From: Eledone cirrhosa
Taxonomy: Eukaryota
Reading direction: 5' to 3'
Assembly: GCA_964016885.1 (NCBI GenBank)
Contig: OZ024741.1
Location: forward strand, 7,998,001 to 8,062,000
DNA: 64,000 bases
Program-made: the position numbers and the translations under genes
Notes under the pieces: generated by a model
Told to the model about the DNA's origin: nothing
Databases searched by the model: none
The model's input: only the letters and a program-made list of their open reading frames with translations
Shown here: one piece after another, positions 39,301 to 54,300 of the stretch
Position numbering within the stretch: the first letter of the stretch is position 1
Layout of the letters: every line of letters starts with the position of its first letter

Positions 39301-42300
39301 GTACTGGGATAGATTCTTCCCCTATAATCTCCTGTTTATCTCTGTCCAGTACTGGGATAGATTCTACCCCTATAATCTCCTGTTTACCTCTGTCAGGTAC
39401 TGGGATAGATTCTCCCCTTATAATCTCCTGTTTATCTCTGTCCAGCACTGGGATAGATTCTCCCCCTATAATCTATTGTTTACCCCTGTCCAGTACTGGG
39501 ATAGATTCTCCACCTATAATCTCCTGTTTACCCCTGCCCGTACTGGCATAGATTCTCCCCCTATAATCTCTTGTTTACCCCTGTCCAGTACTGGGATAGA
39601 TTCTCCCCCTATAATCTCCGGTTTACCTCTGTCCAGTACTGTGATAGATTCTCACCCTATAATCTCCTGTTTACCCTTGTTCAGTACTGGGATAGATTCT
39701 CCCCCTATAATCTCCTGTTTACCCCTGTCAGGTACTGGGATAGATTCTCTCCCTATATCTCCTGTTTACCCCTGTCCAGTACTGGGATAGATTCTCCCCC
39801 TAAAATCTGCCGTTTACCCCTGTCCAGTACTGGGATAGATTCTCCCCCTATAATCTCCCGTTTACCCCTGTTTAATACTGGGATAGATTCTCCCCCTATA
39901 AACTCTTGTTTACCCCTGTCCAGTACTGGCATAGATTCTCCCCCTATAATCTCCTGTTTACCCCTGTCCAGTACTGGGATAGATTCCCCCCTAAAATCTC
40001 CTGTTTACCTCTGTCCAGTACTGGGATAGATTCTCCCCCTATAATCTCCTGTTTACCTCTGTCCAGTACTGGGTTAGATTCTTCCCCTATAATCTCCTAT
40101 TTACCTCTGTCCAGTACTGGGATAGAATCTCCCCCTATAATCTCCTGTTTACCCCTGTCCAGTACTGGGATAGATTCTCCCCCTATAATCTCCTGTCTAC
40201 CCCTCTCCAGTACTGGGATAGATTCTCTCCCTATAATCTTCTGTTTACGTCTGTCAGGTACTGGGATAGATTCTCCCCCTATAATCTCCTATTTATCCCT
40301 GTCCAGTACTGGGATAGATTCCCCCCTATAATATCCTGTTTGCCCCTGTCCAGTACTAGGATAGATTCTCCCTCTATAATCTCCTGTTTACCCCTGTCCA
40401 GTACTGGGATAGATTCTCCCCCTACAATCTCTTGTTCACCCCTGTCCAGTACTGGGATAGATTCTCCCACTATAATCTCTTGTTCACCCTTGTCCAGTAC
40501 TGGGATAGATCCCCCCCAATATAATCTCCTGTTCACCTCTGTCCAGTACTGGGATAGATTCCCCCCTATAATCTCTTGTTTACCCCTATCCACTACTGGG
40601 ATAGAATCTCCCGCTATAATCTCCTGTTTACCCCTGTCCAGTACTGGGATAGATCCTCCCCCTATAATCTCTTGTTTACCCCTGTCCAGTACTGGGATAG
40701 ATTCTCCCCCTATAATCTCCTGTTTACCTCTGTCAGGTACTGGGATAGATTCTCTCCCTATAATGTCCTGCTTTCCCCTGTCCAGTACTGGGATAGATTC
40801 TCCCCCTATAATCTCCTGTTTACCCCTGTCAGGTACTGGGATAGATTCTCACCCTATAATCTCCTGTTTACCCCTGTCATGTACTGGGATAGATTCTCCA
40901 CCTATAATCTCCTGTTTACCCCTGTCATGTACTGGGATAGATTCTCCCCCTATAATCTCCTGTTTACCCCTGTCAGGTACTGGGATAGATTCTCCCCCTA
41001 TAATCTCCTGTTTACCCCTGTCATGTACTGGGATAGATTCTCCCCCTATAATCTCCTGTTTACCCCTGTCAGGTACTGGGATAGATTCTCTCCCTATAAT
41101 CTCCTGTTTACCCCTGTCATGTACTGGGATAGATTCTCCCCCTATAATCTCCTGTTTACCCCTGTCAGGTACTGGGATAGATTCTCTTCCTATAATCTCC
41201 TGTTTACCCCTGTCATGTACTGGGATAGATTCTCTCCCTATAATCTCCTGTTTAGCCCTGTCCAGTACTGGGATAGATTCTCCCCCTATAATCTCCTGTT
41301 TACCCCTGTCAGGTACTCGGATAGATTCGCCCCCTATAATCTCCTGTTTACCTCTGTCGGGTACTGGGATAGATTCTCTCCCTATGAAGTCCTGTTTTCC
41401 CCTGTCCAGTACTGGGATAGATTCTCCCCCTATAATCTCCTGTTTACCCCTGTCAGCTACTGGGATAGATTCTCCCCCTATAATCTCCTGTTTATCCCTG
41501 TCCAGTACTGGGATAGATTCTCCCCCTATAATCTTCTCTTTACCTCTGTCCAGTACTGGGATAGATTCTCCCCCTATAATCTCCTGTTTACCTCTGTCCA
41601 GTACTGGGATAGATTCTCCCCCTATAATCTCCTGTTTACCTCTGTCAGGTACTGGGATAGATTCTCTCCCTATAATGTCCTGTTTTCCCCTGTCCAGTAC
41701 TGGGATAGATTCTCCCCCTATAATCTCCTGTTTACCCCTGTCAGGTACTGGGATAGATTCTCTCCCTATAATCTCCTGTTTACCCCTGTCAGGTACTGGG
41801 ATAGATTCGCCCCCTATAATCTCCTCTTCACCCCTGTCCAGTACTGGGATAGATTCTCCCCCTATAATCGCCTGTTTACCCCTGTCCAGTACTAGGATAG
41901 ATTCTCCCCCTATAAACTCTTGTTTACCTCTGTCCAGTACTGGGATAGATTCTGCCCCTATAATCTCCTGTTTACCTCTGTCAGGTACTGGGATAGATTC
42001 TCTCCCTATAATCTTCTGTTTACGTCTGTCAGGTACTGGGATAGATTCTCCCCCTACAATCTCTTGTTCACCCCTGTCCAGTACTGGGATAGATTCTCCC
42101 ACTATAATCTCTTGTTCACCCCTGTCCAGTACTGGGATAGATTCTCCCACTATAATCTCTTGTTCACCCTCGTCCAGTACTGGGATAGATCCCCCCCAAT
42201 ATAATCTCCTGTTCACCTCTGTTCAGTACTGGGATAGATTCCCCCCTATAATCTCTTGTTTACCCCTATCCACTACTGGGATAGATTCTCCCGCTATAAT

Positions 42301-45300
42301 CTCTTGTTTACCCCTGTCCAGTACTGGGATAGATTCTGCCCCTATAATCTCCTGTTTACCTCTGTCAGGTACTGGGATAGATTCTCTCCCTATAATGTCC
42401 TGTTTTCGCCTGTCCAGTACTGGGATAGATTCTCCCCCTATAATCTCCTGTTTACCCCTGTCAGGTACTGGGATAGATTCTCTCCCTATAATCTCCTGTT
42501 TACCCCTGTCATGTACTGGGATAGATTCTCTCCCTATAATCTCCTGTTTAGCCCTGTCCAGTACTGGGATAGATTCTCCCCCTATAACCTCCTGTTTACC
42601 CCTGTCAGGTACTGGGATAGATTCGCCCCCTATAATCTCCTGTTTACCTCTGTCGGGTACTGGGATAGATTCTCTCCCTATAAAGTCCTGTTTTCCCCTG
42701 TCCAGTACTGGGATAGATTCTCCCCCTATAATCTCCTGTTTACCCCTGTCAGGTACTGGGATAGATTCTCCCCCTATAATCTCCTGTTTACCTCTGTCCA
42801 GTACTGTGATAGGTTCTCCCCCTATAATCTCCTGTTTACCCTTGTTCAGTACTGGGATAGATTCCCCCCCTATAATCTGCTGTTCACCTCTGTCCAGTAC
42901 TGGGATAGATTCTCCCCCTATAATCTCCTGTTTACCCCTGTCCAGTACTGGGATAGATTCTCCCCCTACAATCTCCTGTTTATCCCTGTCCAGTACTGGG
43001 ATAGATTCTCCCCCTATAATCTTCTCTTTACCTCTGTCCAGTACTGGGATAGATTCTCCCCCTATAATCTCCTGTTTACCTCTGTCCAGTACTGGGATAG
43101 ATTCTCCCCCTATAATCTCCTGTTTACCTCTGTCAGGTACTGGGATAGATTCTCTCCCTATAATGTCCTGTTTTCCCCTGTCCAGTACTGGGATAGATTC
43201 TCCCCTATAATCTCCGGTTTACCCCTGTCAGGTACTGGGATAGATTCTCTCCCTATAATCTCCTGTTTACCCCTGTCAGGTACTGGGATAGATTCGCCCC
43301 CTATAATCTCCTCTTCACCCCTGTCCAGTACTGGGATAGATTCTCCCCCTATAATCGCCTGTTTACCCCTGTCCAGTACTAGGATAGATTCTCCCCCTAT
43401 AAACTCTTGTTTACCTCTGTCCAGTACTGGGATAGATTCTCCCCCTATAATCTCCTGTTTACCCCTGTCCAGTACTGGGATAGATTCCCCCCTAAAATCT
43501 CCTGTTTACCTCTGTCCAGTACTGGGATAGATTCTCACCCTATAATCTCCTGTTTACCCCTGTCCAGTACTGGGATAGATTCTCCCCCTATAATCTCCTG
43601 TTTACCTCTGGCAAGTACTGGGATAGATTCTCCCCTTATAATCTCCTGTTTATCTCTGTCCAGTACTGGGATAGATTCTCCCCCTATAATCTATTGTTTA
43701 CCCCTGTCCAGTACTGGGATAGATTCTACCCCTATAATCTCCCGTTTACCCCTGCCAGTACTGGGATAGATTCTGCCCCTATAATCTCTTGTTTACCCAT
43801 GTCCAGTACTGGGATAGATTCTCCCCCTATAATCTCCTGTTTACCTCTGTCCAGTACTGTGATAGATTCTCACCCTATAATCTCCTGTTTACCCTTGTTC
43901 AGTACTGGGATAGATTCTCCCCCTATAATCTCCTGTTTACCTCTGTCAGGTACTGGGATAGATTCTCTCCCTATATCTCCTGTTTACCCCTGTCCAGTAC
44001 TGGGATAGATTCTCCCCCTATAATCTCCTATTTACCCCTGTCAGCTACTGGGATAGATTCTCCCCCTATAATCTCCCGTTTACCCCTGTCCAGTACTGGG
44101 ATAGATTCTCCCCCTATAATCTCCTGTTTACCCCTGTCCAGTACTGGGATAGATTCCCCCCTAAAATCTCCTGTTTACCTCTGTCCAGTACTGGGATAGA
44201 TTCTCCCCCTATAATCTCCTGTTTACCCCTGTCCGGTACTGGGATAGATTCTTCCCATATAATCTCCTGTTCACCTCTGTCCAGTGCTGGGATAGATTCT
44301 CCCCCTATAATATTCTGTTTACCTCTGTCCAGTACTGGGATAGATTCTCCCCCTATAATCTCCTGTTTACCCCTGTCAGGTACTGGGATAGATTCGCCCC
44401 CTATAATCTCCTGTTTACCTCTGTCGGGTACTGGGATAGATTCTCTCCCTATAAAGTCCTGTTTTCCCCTGTCCAGTACTGGGATAGATTCTCCCCCTAT
44501 AATCTCCTGTTTACCCCTGTCAGGTACTGGGATAGATTCTCCCCCTATAATCTCCTGTTTACCTCTGTCCAGTACTGTGATAGGTTCTCCCCCTATAATC
44601 TCCTGTTTACCCTTGTTCAGTACTGGGATAGATTCCCCCCCTATAATCTCCTGTTCACCTCTGTCCAGTACTGGGATAGATTCTCCCCCTATAATCTCTT
44701 GTTTACCCCTGTCCAGTACTGGGATAGATTCTCCCCCTATAATCTCCTGTTTATCCCTGTCCATTACTGGGATAGATTCTCCCCCTATAATCTTCTCTTT
44801 ACCTCTGTCCAGTACTGGGATAGATTCTCCCCCTATAATCTCCTGTTTACCTCTGTCCAGTACTGGGATAGATTCTCCCCCTATAATCTCCTGTTTACCT
44901 CTGTCAGGTACTGGGATAGATTATCTCCCTATAATGTCCTGTTTTCCCCTGTCCAGTACTGGGATAGATTCTCCCCCTATAATCTCCTGTTTACCCCTGT
45001 CAGGTACTGGGATAGATTCTCTCCCTATAATCTCCTGTTTACCCCTGTCAGGTACTGGGATAGATTCGCCCCCTATAATCTCCTCTTCACCCCTGTCCAG
45101 TACTGGGATAGATTCTCCCCCTATAATCGCCTGTTTACCCCTGTCCAGTACTAGGATAGATTCTCCCCCTATAAACTCTTGTTTACCTCTGTCCAGTACT
45201 GGGATAGATTCTCCCCCTATAATCTCCTGTTTACCCCTGTCCAGTACTGGGATAGATTCCCCCCTAAAATCTCCTGTTTACCTCTGTCCAGTACTGGGAT

Positions 45301-48300
45301 AGATTCTCACCCTATAATCTCCTGTTTACCCCTGTCCAGTACTGGGATAGATTCTCCCCCTATAATCTCCTGTTTACCTCTGGCACGTACTGGGATAGAT
45401 TCTCCCCTTATAATCTCCTGTTTATCTCTGTCCAATACTGGGATAGATTCTCCCCCTATAATCTATTGTTTACCCCTGTCCAGTACTGGGATAGATTCTC
45501 CCCCTATAATCTCCTGTTTACCCCTGCCAGTACTGGGATAGATTCTCCCCCTATAATCTCTTGTTTACCCCTGTCCAGTACTGGGATAGATTCTCCCCCT
45601 ATAATCTCCTGTTTACCTCTGTCCAGTACTGTGATAGATTCTCACCCTATAATCTCCTGTTTACCCTTGTTCAGTACTGGGATAGATTCTCCCCCTATAA
45701 TCTCCTGTTTACCTCTGTCAGGTACTGGGATAGATTCTCTCCCTATATGTCCTGTTTACTCCTGTCCAGTACTGGGATAGATTCTCCCCCTATAATCTCC
45801 TATTTACCCCTGTCAGCTACTGGGATAGATTCTCCCCCTATAATCTCCCGTTTACCCCTGTCCAGTACTGGGATAGATTCTCCCCCTATAAACTCTTGTT
45901 TACCCCTGTCCAGTACTGGCATAGATTCTCCCCCTATAATCTCCTGTTTACCCCTGTCCAGTACTGGGATAGATTCCCCCCTAAAATCTCCTGTTTACCT
46001 CTGTCCAGTACTGGGATAGATTCTCCCCCTATAATCTCCTGTTTACCTCTGTCCAGTACTGGGATAGAATCTCCCCTATAATCTCCTGTTTACCCCTGTC
46101 CAGTACTGGGATAGATTCTCCCCTTATAATCTCCTGTTTACCCATCTCCAGTACTGGGATAGATTCTCTCCCTATAATCTTCTGTTTACCTCTGTCAGGT
46201 ACTGGGATAGATTCTCCCCCTATAATCTCCTATTTATCCCTGTCCAGTACTGGGATGGATTCCCCCCTATAATATCCTGTTTGCCCCTGTCCAGTACTAG
46301 GATAGATTCTCCCCCTATAATCTCCTGTTTACCCCTGTCCAGTTTTGGGATAGATTCTCCCCCTATAATCTCCTGTTTACCCCTGTCCAGTACTGGGATA
46401 GATTCTCCCCCTATAATCTCTTGTTTACCCCTGTCCAGTACTGGGATAGATTCTCCCCCTATAATCTCCAGTTTACTCCTGTCCAGTACTGGGATAGATT
46501 CCCCCCTATAATCTCTTGTTTACCCCTATCCACTACTGGGATAGATTCTCCCGCTATAATCTCCTGTTTACCCTTGTCCAGTACTGGGATAGATCCGCAC
46601 CCTATAATCTCTTGTTTACCCCTGTCCAGTACTGGGATAGATTTTCCCCATATAATCTCCTGTTTACCCCTGTCCAGTACTGGGATAGATTCTCGCCCTA
46701 TAATCTCTTGTTTTACCCTGTCCAGTACTGGGATAGATTCTCCCCCTATAATCTTCTGTTTACCCCTGTCAGGTACTGGGATAGATTCTCTCCCTATAAT
46801 CTCCTGTTTACCCCTGTCAGGTACTGGGATAGATTCGCCCCCTATAATCTCCTGTTCACCCCTGTCCAGTACTGGGCTAGATTCTCCCCCTATAATCTCC
46901 TGTTTACCCCTGTCCAGTACTAGGATAGATTCTCCCCCTATAAACTCTTGTTTACCCCTGTCCAGTACTGGGATAGATTCTCCCCCTATAATCTCCTGTT
47001 TACCCCTGTCCAGTACTGGGATAGATTCCCCCCTAAAATCTCCTGTTTACCTCTGTCCAGTACTGGGATAGATTCTCCCCCTTTAATCTCCTGTTTACCC
47101 CTGTCCAGTACTGGGATAGATTCTCCCACTATAATCTCCTGTTCACCCCTGTCCGCTACTGGGAGAGATTCTTCCCCTATAATCTCCTGTTTACCTCTGT
47201 CCAGTACTGGGATAGATTCTCCCCCTATAATCTCCTGTTTACCTCTGTCAGGTACTGGGATAGATTCTCCCCTTATAATCTCCTGTTTATCTCTGTCCAG
47301 TACTGGGATAGATTCTCCCCCTATAAACTCTTGTTTACCCCTGTCTAGTACTGGGATAGATTCTCCCCCTGTAATCTCCTATTTACCCCTGTCAGCTACT
47401 GGGATAGATTCTCCCCCTATAATCTGCTGTTTACCCCTGTCCAGTACTGGGATAGATTCTCCCACTATAATCTCTTGTTCACCCTCGTCCAGTACTGGGA
47501 TAGATCCCCCCCAATATAATCTCCTGTTCACCTCTGTTCAGTACTGGGATAGATTCCCCCCTATAATCTCTTGTTTACCCCTATCCACTACTGGGATAGA
47601 TTCTCCCGCTATAATCTCCTGTTTACCCCTGTCCAGTACTGGGATAGATCCTCCCCCTATAATCTCTTGTTTACCCCTGTCCAGTACTGGGATAGATTCT
47701 GCCCCTATAATCTCCTGTTTACCTCTGTCAGGTACTGGGATAGATTCTCTCCCTATAATGTCCTGTTTTCGCCTGTCCAGTACTGGGATAGATTCTCCCC
47801 CTATAATCTCCTGTTTACCCCTGTCAGGTACTGGGATAGATTCTCTCCCTATAATCTCCTGTTTACCCCTGTCATGTACTGGGATAGATTCTCTCCCTAT
47901 AATCTCCTGTTTAGCCCTGTCCAGTACTGGGATAGATTCTCCCCCTATAACCTCCTGTTTACCCCTGTCAGGTACTGGGATAGATTCGCCCCCTATAATC
48001 TCCTGTTTACCTCTGTCGGGTACTGGGATAGATTCTCTCCCTATAAAGTCCTGTTTTCCCCTGTCCAGTACTGGGATAGATTCTCCCCCTATAATCTCCT
48101 GTTTACCCCTGTCAGGTACTGGGATAGATTCTCCCCCTATAATCTCCTGTTTACCTCTGTCCAGTACTGTGATAGGTTCTCCCCCTATAATCTCCTGTTT
48201 ACCCTTGTTCAGTACTGGGATAGATTCCCCCCCTATAATCTGCTGTTCACCTCTGTCCAGTACTGGGATAGATTCTCCCCCTATAATCTCCTGTTTACCC

Positions 48301-51300
48301 CTGTCCAGTACTGGGATAGATTCTCCCCCTACAATCTCCTGTTTATCCCTGTCCAGTACTGGGATAGATTCTCCCCCTATAATCTTCTCTTTACCTCTGT
48401 CCAGTACTGGGATAGATTCTCCCCCTATAATCTCCTGTTTACCTCTGTCCAGTACTGGGATAGATTCTCCCCCTATAATCTCCTGTTTACCTCTGTCAGG
48501 TACTGGGATAGATTCTCTCCCTATAATGTCCTGTTTTCCCCTGTCCAGTACTGGGATAGATTCTCCCCTATAATCTCCGGTTTACCCCTGTCAGGTACTG
48601 GGATAGATTCTCTCCCTATAATCTCCTGTTTACCCCTGTCAGGTACTGGGATAGATTCGCCCCCTATAATCTCCTCTTCACCCCTGTCCAGTACTGGGAT
48701 AGATTCTCCCCCTATAATCGCCTGTTTACCCCTGTCCAGTACTAGGATAGATTCTCCCCCTATAAACTCTTGTTTACCTCTGTCCAGTACTGGGATAGAT
48801 TCTCCCCCTATAATCTCCTGTTTACCCCTGTCCAGTACTGGGATAGATTCCCCCCTAAAATCTCCTGTTTACCTCTGTCCAGTACTGGGATAGATTCTCA
48901 CCCTATAATCTCCTGTTTACCCCTGTCCAGTACTGGGATAGATTCTCCCCCTATAATCTCCTGTTTACCTCTGGCAAGTACTGGGATAGATTCTCCCCTT
49001 ATAATCTCCTGTTTATCTCTGTCCAGTACTGGGATAGATTCTCCCCCTATAATCTATTGTTTACCCCTGTCCAGTACTGGGATAGATTCTACCCCTATAA
49101 TCTCCCGTTTACCCCTGCCAGTACTGGGATAGATTCTGCCCCTATAATCTCTTGTTTACCCATGTCCAGTACTGGGATAGATTCTCCCCCTATAATCTCC
49201 TGTTTACCTCTGTCCAGTACTGTGATAGATTCTCACCCTATAATCTCCTGTTTACCCTTGTTCAGTACTGGGATAGATTCTCCCCCTATAATCTCCTGTT
49301 TACCTCTGTCAGGTACTGGGATAGATTCTCTCCCTATATCTCCTGTTTACCCCTGTCCAGTACTGGGATAGATTCTCCCCCTATAATCTCCTATTTACCC
49401 CTGTCAGCTACTGGGATAGATTCTCCCCCTATAATCTCCCGTTTACCCCTGTCCAGTACTGGGATAGATTCTCCCCCTATAATCTCCTGTTTACCCCTGT
49501 CCAGTACTGGGATAGATTCCCCCCTAAAATCTCCTGTTTACCTCTGTCCAGTACTGGGATAGATTCTCCCCCTATAATCTCCTGTTTACCCCTGTCCGGT
49601 ACTGGGATAGATTCTTCCCATATAATCTCCTGTTCACCTCTGTCCAGTGCTGGGATAGATTCTCCCCCTATAATATTCTGTTTACCTCTGTCCAGTACTG
49701 GGATAGATTCTCCCCCTATAATCTCCTGTTTACCCCTGTCAGGTACTGGGATAGATTCGCCCCCTATAATCTCCTGTTTACCTCTGTCGGGTACTGGGAT
49801 AGATTCTCTCCCTATAAAGTCCTGTTTTCCCCTGTCCAGTACTGGGATAGATTCTCCCCCTATAATCTCCTGTTTACCCCTGTCAGGTACTGGGATAGAT
49901 TCTCCCCCTATAATCTCCTGTTTACCTCTGTCCAGTACTGTGATAGGTTCTCCCCCTATAATCTCCTGTTTACCCTTGTTCAGTACTGGGATAGATTCCC
50001 CCCCTATAATCTCCTGTTCACCTCTGTCCAGTACTGGGATAGATTCTCCCCCTATAATCTCTTGTTTACCCCTGTCCAGTACTGGGATAGATTCTCCCCC
50101 TATAATCTCCTGTTTATCCCTGTCCATTACTGGGATAGATTCTCCCCCTATAATCTTCTCTTTACCTCTGTCCAGTACTGGGATAGATTCTCCCCCTATA
50201 ATCTCCTGTTTACCTCTGTCCAGTACTGGGATAGATTCTCCCCCTATAATCTCCTGTTTACCTCTGTCAGGTACTGGGATAGATTATCTCCCTATAATGT
50301 CCTGTTTTCCCCTGTCCAGTACTGGGATAGATTCTCCCCCTATAATCTCCTGTTTACCCCTGTCAGGTACTGGGATAGATTCTCTCCCTATAATCTCCTG
50401 TTTACCCCTGTCAGGTACTGGGATAGATTCGCCCCCTATAATCTCCTCTTCACCCCTGTCCAGTACTGGGATAGATTCTCCCCCTATAATCGCCTGTTTA
50501 CCCCTGTCCAGTACTAGGATAGATTCTCCCCCTATAAACTCTTGTTTACCTCTGTCCAGTACTGGGATAGATTCTCCCCCTATAATCTCCTGTTTACCCC
50601 TGTCCAGTACTGGGATAGATTCCCCCCTAAAATCTCCTGTTTACCTCTGTCCAGTACTGGGATAGATTCTCACCCTATAATCTCCTGTTTACCCCTGTCC
50701 AGTACTGGGATAGATTCTCCCCCTATAATCTCCTGTTTACCTCTGGCACGTACTGGGATAGATTCTCCCCTTATAATCTCCTGTTTATCTCTGTCCAATA
50801 CTGGGATAGATTCTCCCCCTATAATCTATTGTTTACCCCTGTCCAGTACTGGGATAGATTCTCCCCCTATAATCTCCTGTTTACCCCTGCCAGTACTGGG
50901 ATAGATTCTCCCCCTATAATCTCTTGTTTACCCCTGTCCAGTACTGGGATAGATTCTCCCCCTATAATCTCCTGTTTACCTCTGTCCAGTACTGTGATAG
51001 ATTCTCACCCTATAATCTCCTGTTTACCCTTGTTCAGTACTGGGATAGATTCTCCCCCTATAATCTCCTGTTTACCTCTGTCAGGTACTGGGATAGATTC
51101 TCTCCCTATATGTCCTGTTTACTCCTGTCCAGTACTGGGATAGATTCTCCCCCTATAATCTCCTATTTACCCCTGTCAGCTACTGGGATAGATTCTCCCC
51201 CTATAATCTCCCGTTTACCCCTGTCCAGTACTGGGATAGATTCTCCCCCTATAAACTCTTGTTTACCCCTGTCCAGTACTGGCATAGATTCTCCCCCTAT

Positions 51301-54300
51301 AATCTCCTGTTTACCCCTGTCCAGTACTGGGATAGATTCCCCCCTAAAATCTCCTGTTTACCTCTGTCCAGTACTGGGATAGATTCTCCCCCTATAATCT
51401 CCTGTTTACCTCTGTCCAGTACTGGGATAGAATCTCCCCTATAATCTCCTGTTTACCCCTGTCCAGTACTGGGATAGATTCTCCCCTTATAATCTCCTGT
51501 TTACCCATCTCCAGTACTGGGATAGATTCTCTCCCTATAATCTTCTGTTTACCTCTGTCAGGTACTGGGATAGATTCTCCCCCTATAATCTCCTATTTAT
51601 CCCTGTCCAGTACTGGGATGGATTCCCCCCTATAATATCCTGTTTGCCCCTGTCCAGTACTAGGATAGATTCTCCCCCTATAATCTCCTGTTTACCCCTG
51701 TCCAGTTTTGGGATAGATTCTCCCCCTATAATCTCCTGTTTACCCCTGTCCAGTACTGGGATAGATTCTCCCCCTATAATCTCTTGTTTACCCCTGTCCA
51801 GTACTGGGATAGATTCTCCCCCTATAATCTCCAGTTTACTCCTGTCCAGTACTGGGATAGATTCCCCCCTATAATCTCTTGTTTACCCCTATCCACTACT
51901 GGGATAGATTCTCCCGCTATAATCTCCTGTTTACCCTTGTCCAGTACTGGGATAGATCCGCACCCTATAATCTCTTGTTTACCCCTGTCCAGTACTGGGA
52001 TAGATTTTCCCCATATAATCTCCTGTTTACCCCTGTCCAGTACTGGGATAGATTCTCGCCCTATAATCTCTTGTTTTACCCTGTCCAGTACTGGGATAGA
52101 TTCTCCCCCTATAATCTTCTGTTTACCCCTGTCAGGTACTGGGATAGATTCTCTCCCTATAATCTCCTGTTTACCCCTGTCAGGTACTGGGATAGATTCG
52201 CCCCCTATAATCTCCTGTTCACCCCTGTCCAGTACTGGGCTAGATTCTCCCCCTATAATCTCCTGTTTACCCCTGTCCAGTACTAGGATAGATTCTCCCC
52301 CTATAAACTCTTGTTTACCCCTGTCCAGTACTGGGATAGATTCTCCCCCTATAATCTCCTGTTTACCCCTGTCCAGTACTGGGATAGATTCCCCCCTAAA
52401 ATCTCCTGTTTACCTCTGTCCAGTACTGGGATAGATTCTCCCCCTTTAATCTCCTGTTTACCCCTGTCCAGTACTGGGATAGATTCTCCCACTATAATCT
52501 CCTGTTCACCCCTGTCCGCTACTGGGAGAGATTCTTCCCCTATAATCTCCTGTTTACCTCTGTCCAGTACTGGGATAGATTCTCCCCCTATAATCTCCTG
52601 TTTACCTCTGTCAGGTACTGGGATAGATTCTCCCCTTATAATCTCCTGTTTATCTCTGTCCAGTACTGGGATAGATTCTCCCCCTATAAACTCTTGTTTA
52701 CCCCTGTCTAGTACTGGGATAGATTCTCCCCCTGTAATCTCCTATTTACCCCTGTCAGCTACTGGGATAGATTCTCCCCCTATAATCTGCTGTTTACCCC
52801 TGTCCAGTACTGGGATAGATTCTCCCCCTATAATCTCTTGTTTACCCCTGTCCAGTACTGGGATAGATTCTCCCCCTATAATCTCCAGTTTACTCCTGTC
52901 CAGTACTGGGATAGATTCCCCCCTATAATCTCTTGTTTACCCCTATCCACTACTGGGATAGATTCTCCCGCTATAATCTCCTGTTTACCCCTGTCCAGTA
53001 CTGGGATAGATCCTCCCCCTATAATCTCTTGTTTACCCCTTTCCAGTACTGGGATAGATTTTCCCCATATAATCTCCTGTTTACCCCTGTCCAGTACTGG
53101 GATAGATTCTCGCCCTATAATCTCTTGTTTTACCCTGTCCAGTACTGGGATAGATTCTCCCCCTATAATCTCCTGTTTACCCCTGTCAGGTACTGGGATA
53201 GATTCTCTCCCTATAATCTCCTGTTTACCCCTGTCAGGTACTGGGATAGATTCGCCCCCTATAATCTCCTGTTCACCCCTGTCCAGTACTGGGATAGATT
53301 CTCCCCCTATAATCTCCTGTTTACCCCTGTCCAGTACTAGGATAGATTCTCCCCCTATAAACTCTTGTTTACCCCTGTCCAGTACTGGGATAGATTCTCC
53401 CACTATAATCTCCTGTTTACCCCTGTCCAGTACCGGGATAGATTCCCCCCTAAAATCTCCTGTTTACCTCTGTCCAGTACTGGGATAGATTCTCCCCCTT
53501 TAATCTCCTGTTTACCCCTGTCCAGTACTGGGATAGATTCTCCCACTATAATCTCCTGTTTACCACTTTCAGGGACTGGGATAGAATCTCCCCCTATAAT
53601 ATCCTGTTTACCCCTCTCCAGTACTGGGATAGATTCTCCCCATATAATCTCTTGTTTACCCCTGTCCAGTACTGGGATAGATACTCCCCCTATAATCTCC
53701 TGTTTACCTCTGTCCAGTACTGGGATAGATACTCCCCCTATAATCTCCTGTTTACCTCTGTTCAGTACTGGGATAGATTCTCCCCCTATAATCTCCTGTT
53801 TACCTCTGTCCAGTACTGGGATAGATTCTCCCCCTATAATCTCCTGTTTACCCCTGTCCAGTACTGGGATGCATTCTCCCCCTATAATCTCCTGTTTACC
53901 TCTGTACAGTACTGGGGTAGATTCTCCCCCTATAATCTCCTGTTCACCTCTGTCCAGTACAGGGATAGATTCTTCCCCAATAATCTCCTGTTTACCCCTG
54001 TCCAGTTTTGGGATAGATTCTCCCCCTATAATCTCCTGTTCACCTCTGTCCAGTACTGGGTTAGATTCTCCCCCTATAATCTCCTGTTCACCTCTGTCCA
54101 GTACTGGGATAGATTCTCCCCCTATAATCTCCTGTTCACCTCTGTCCAGTACTGGGATAGATTCTCCCTCTATAATCTCTTGTTTACCTCTGTCCAGTAC
54201 TGGGATAGATTCTCCCCTATAATCTCTTGTTTACCCCTGTCCAGTACTGGGATAGATTCTCCCCCTATATTCTCCTGTTTACCCCTGTCCAGTACTGGGA

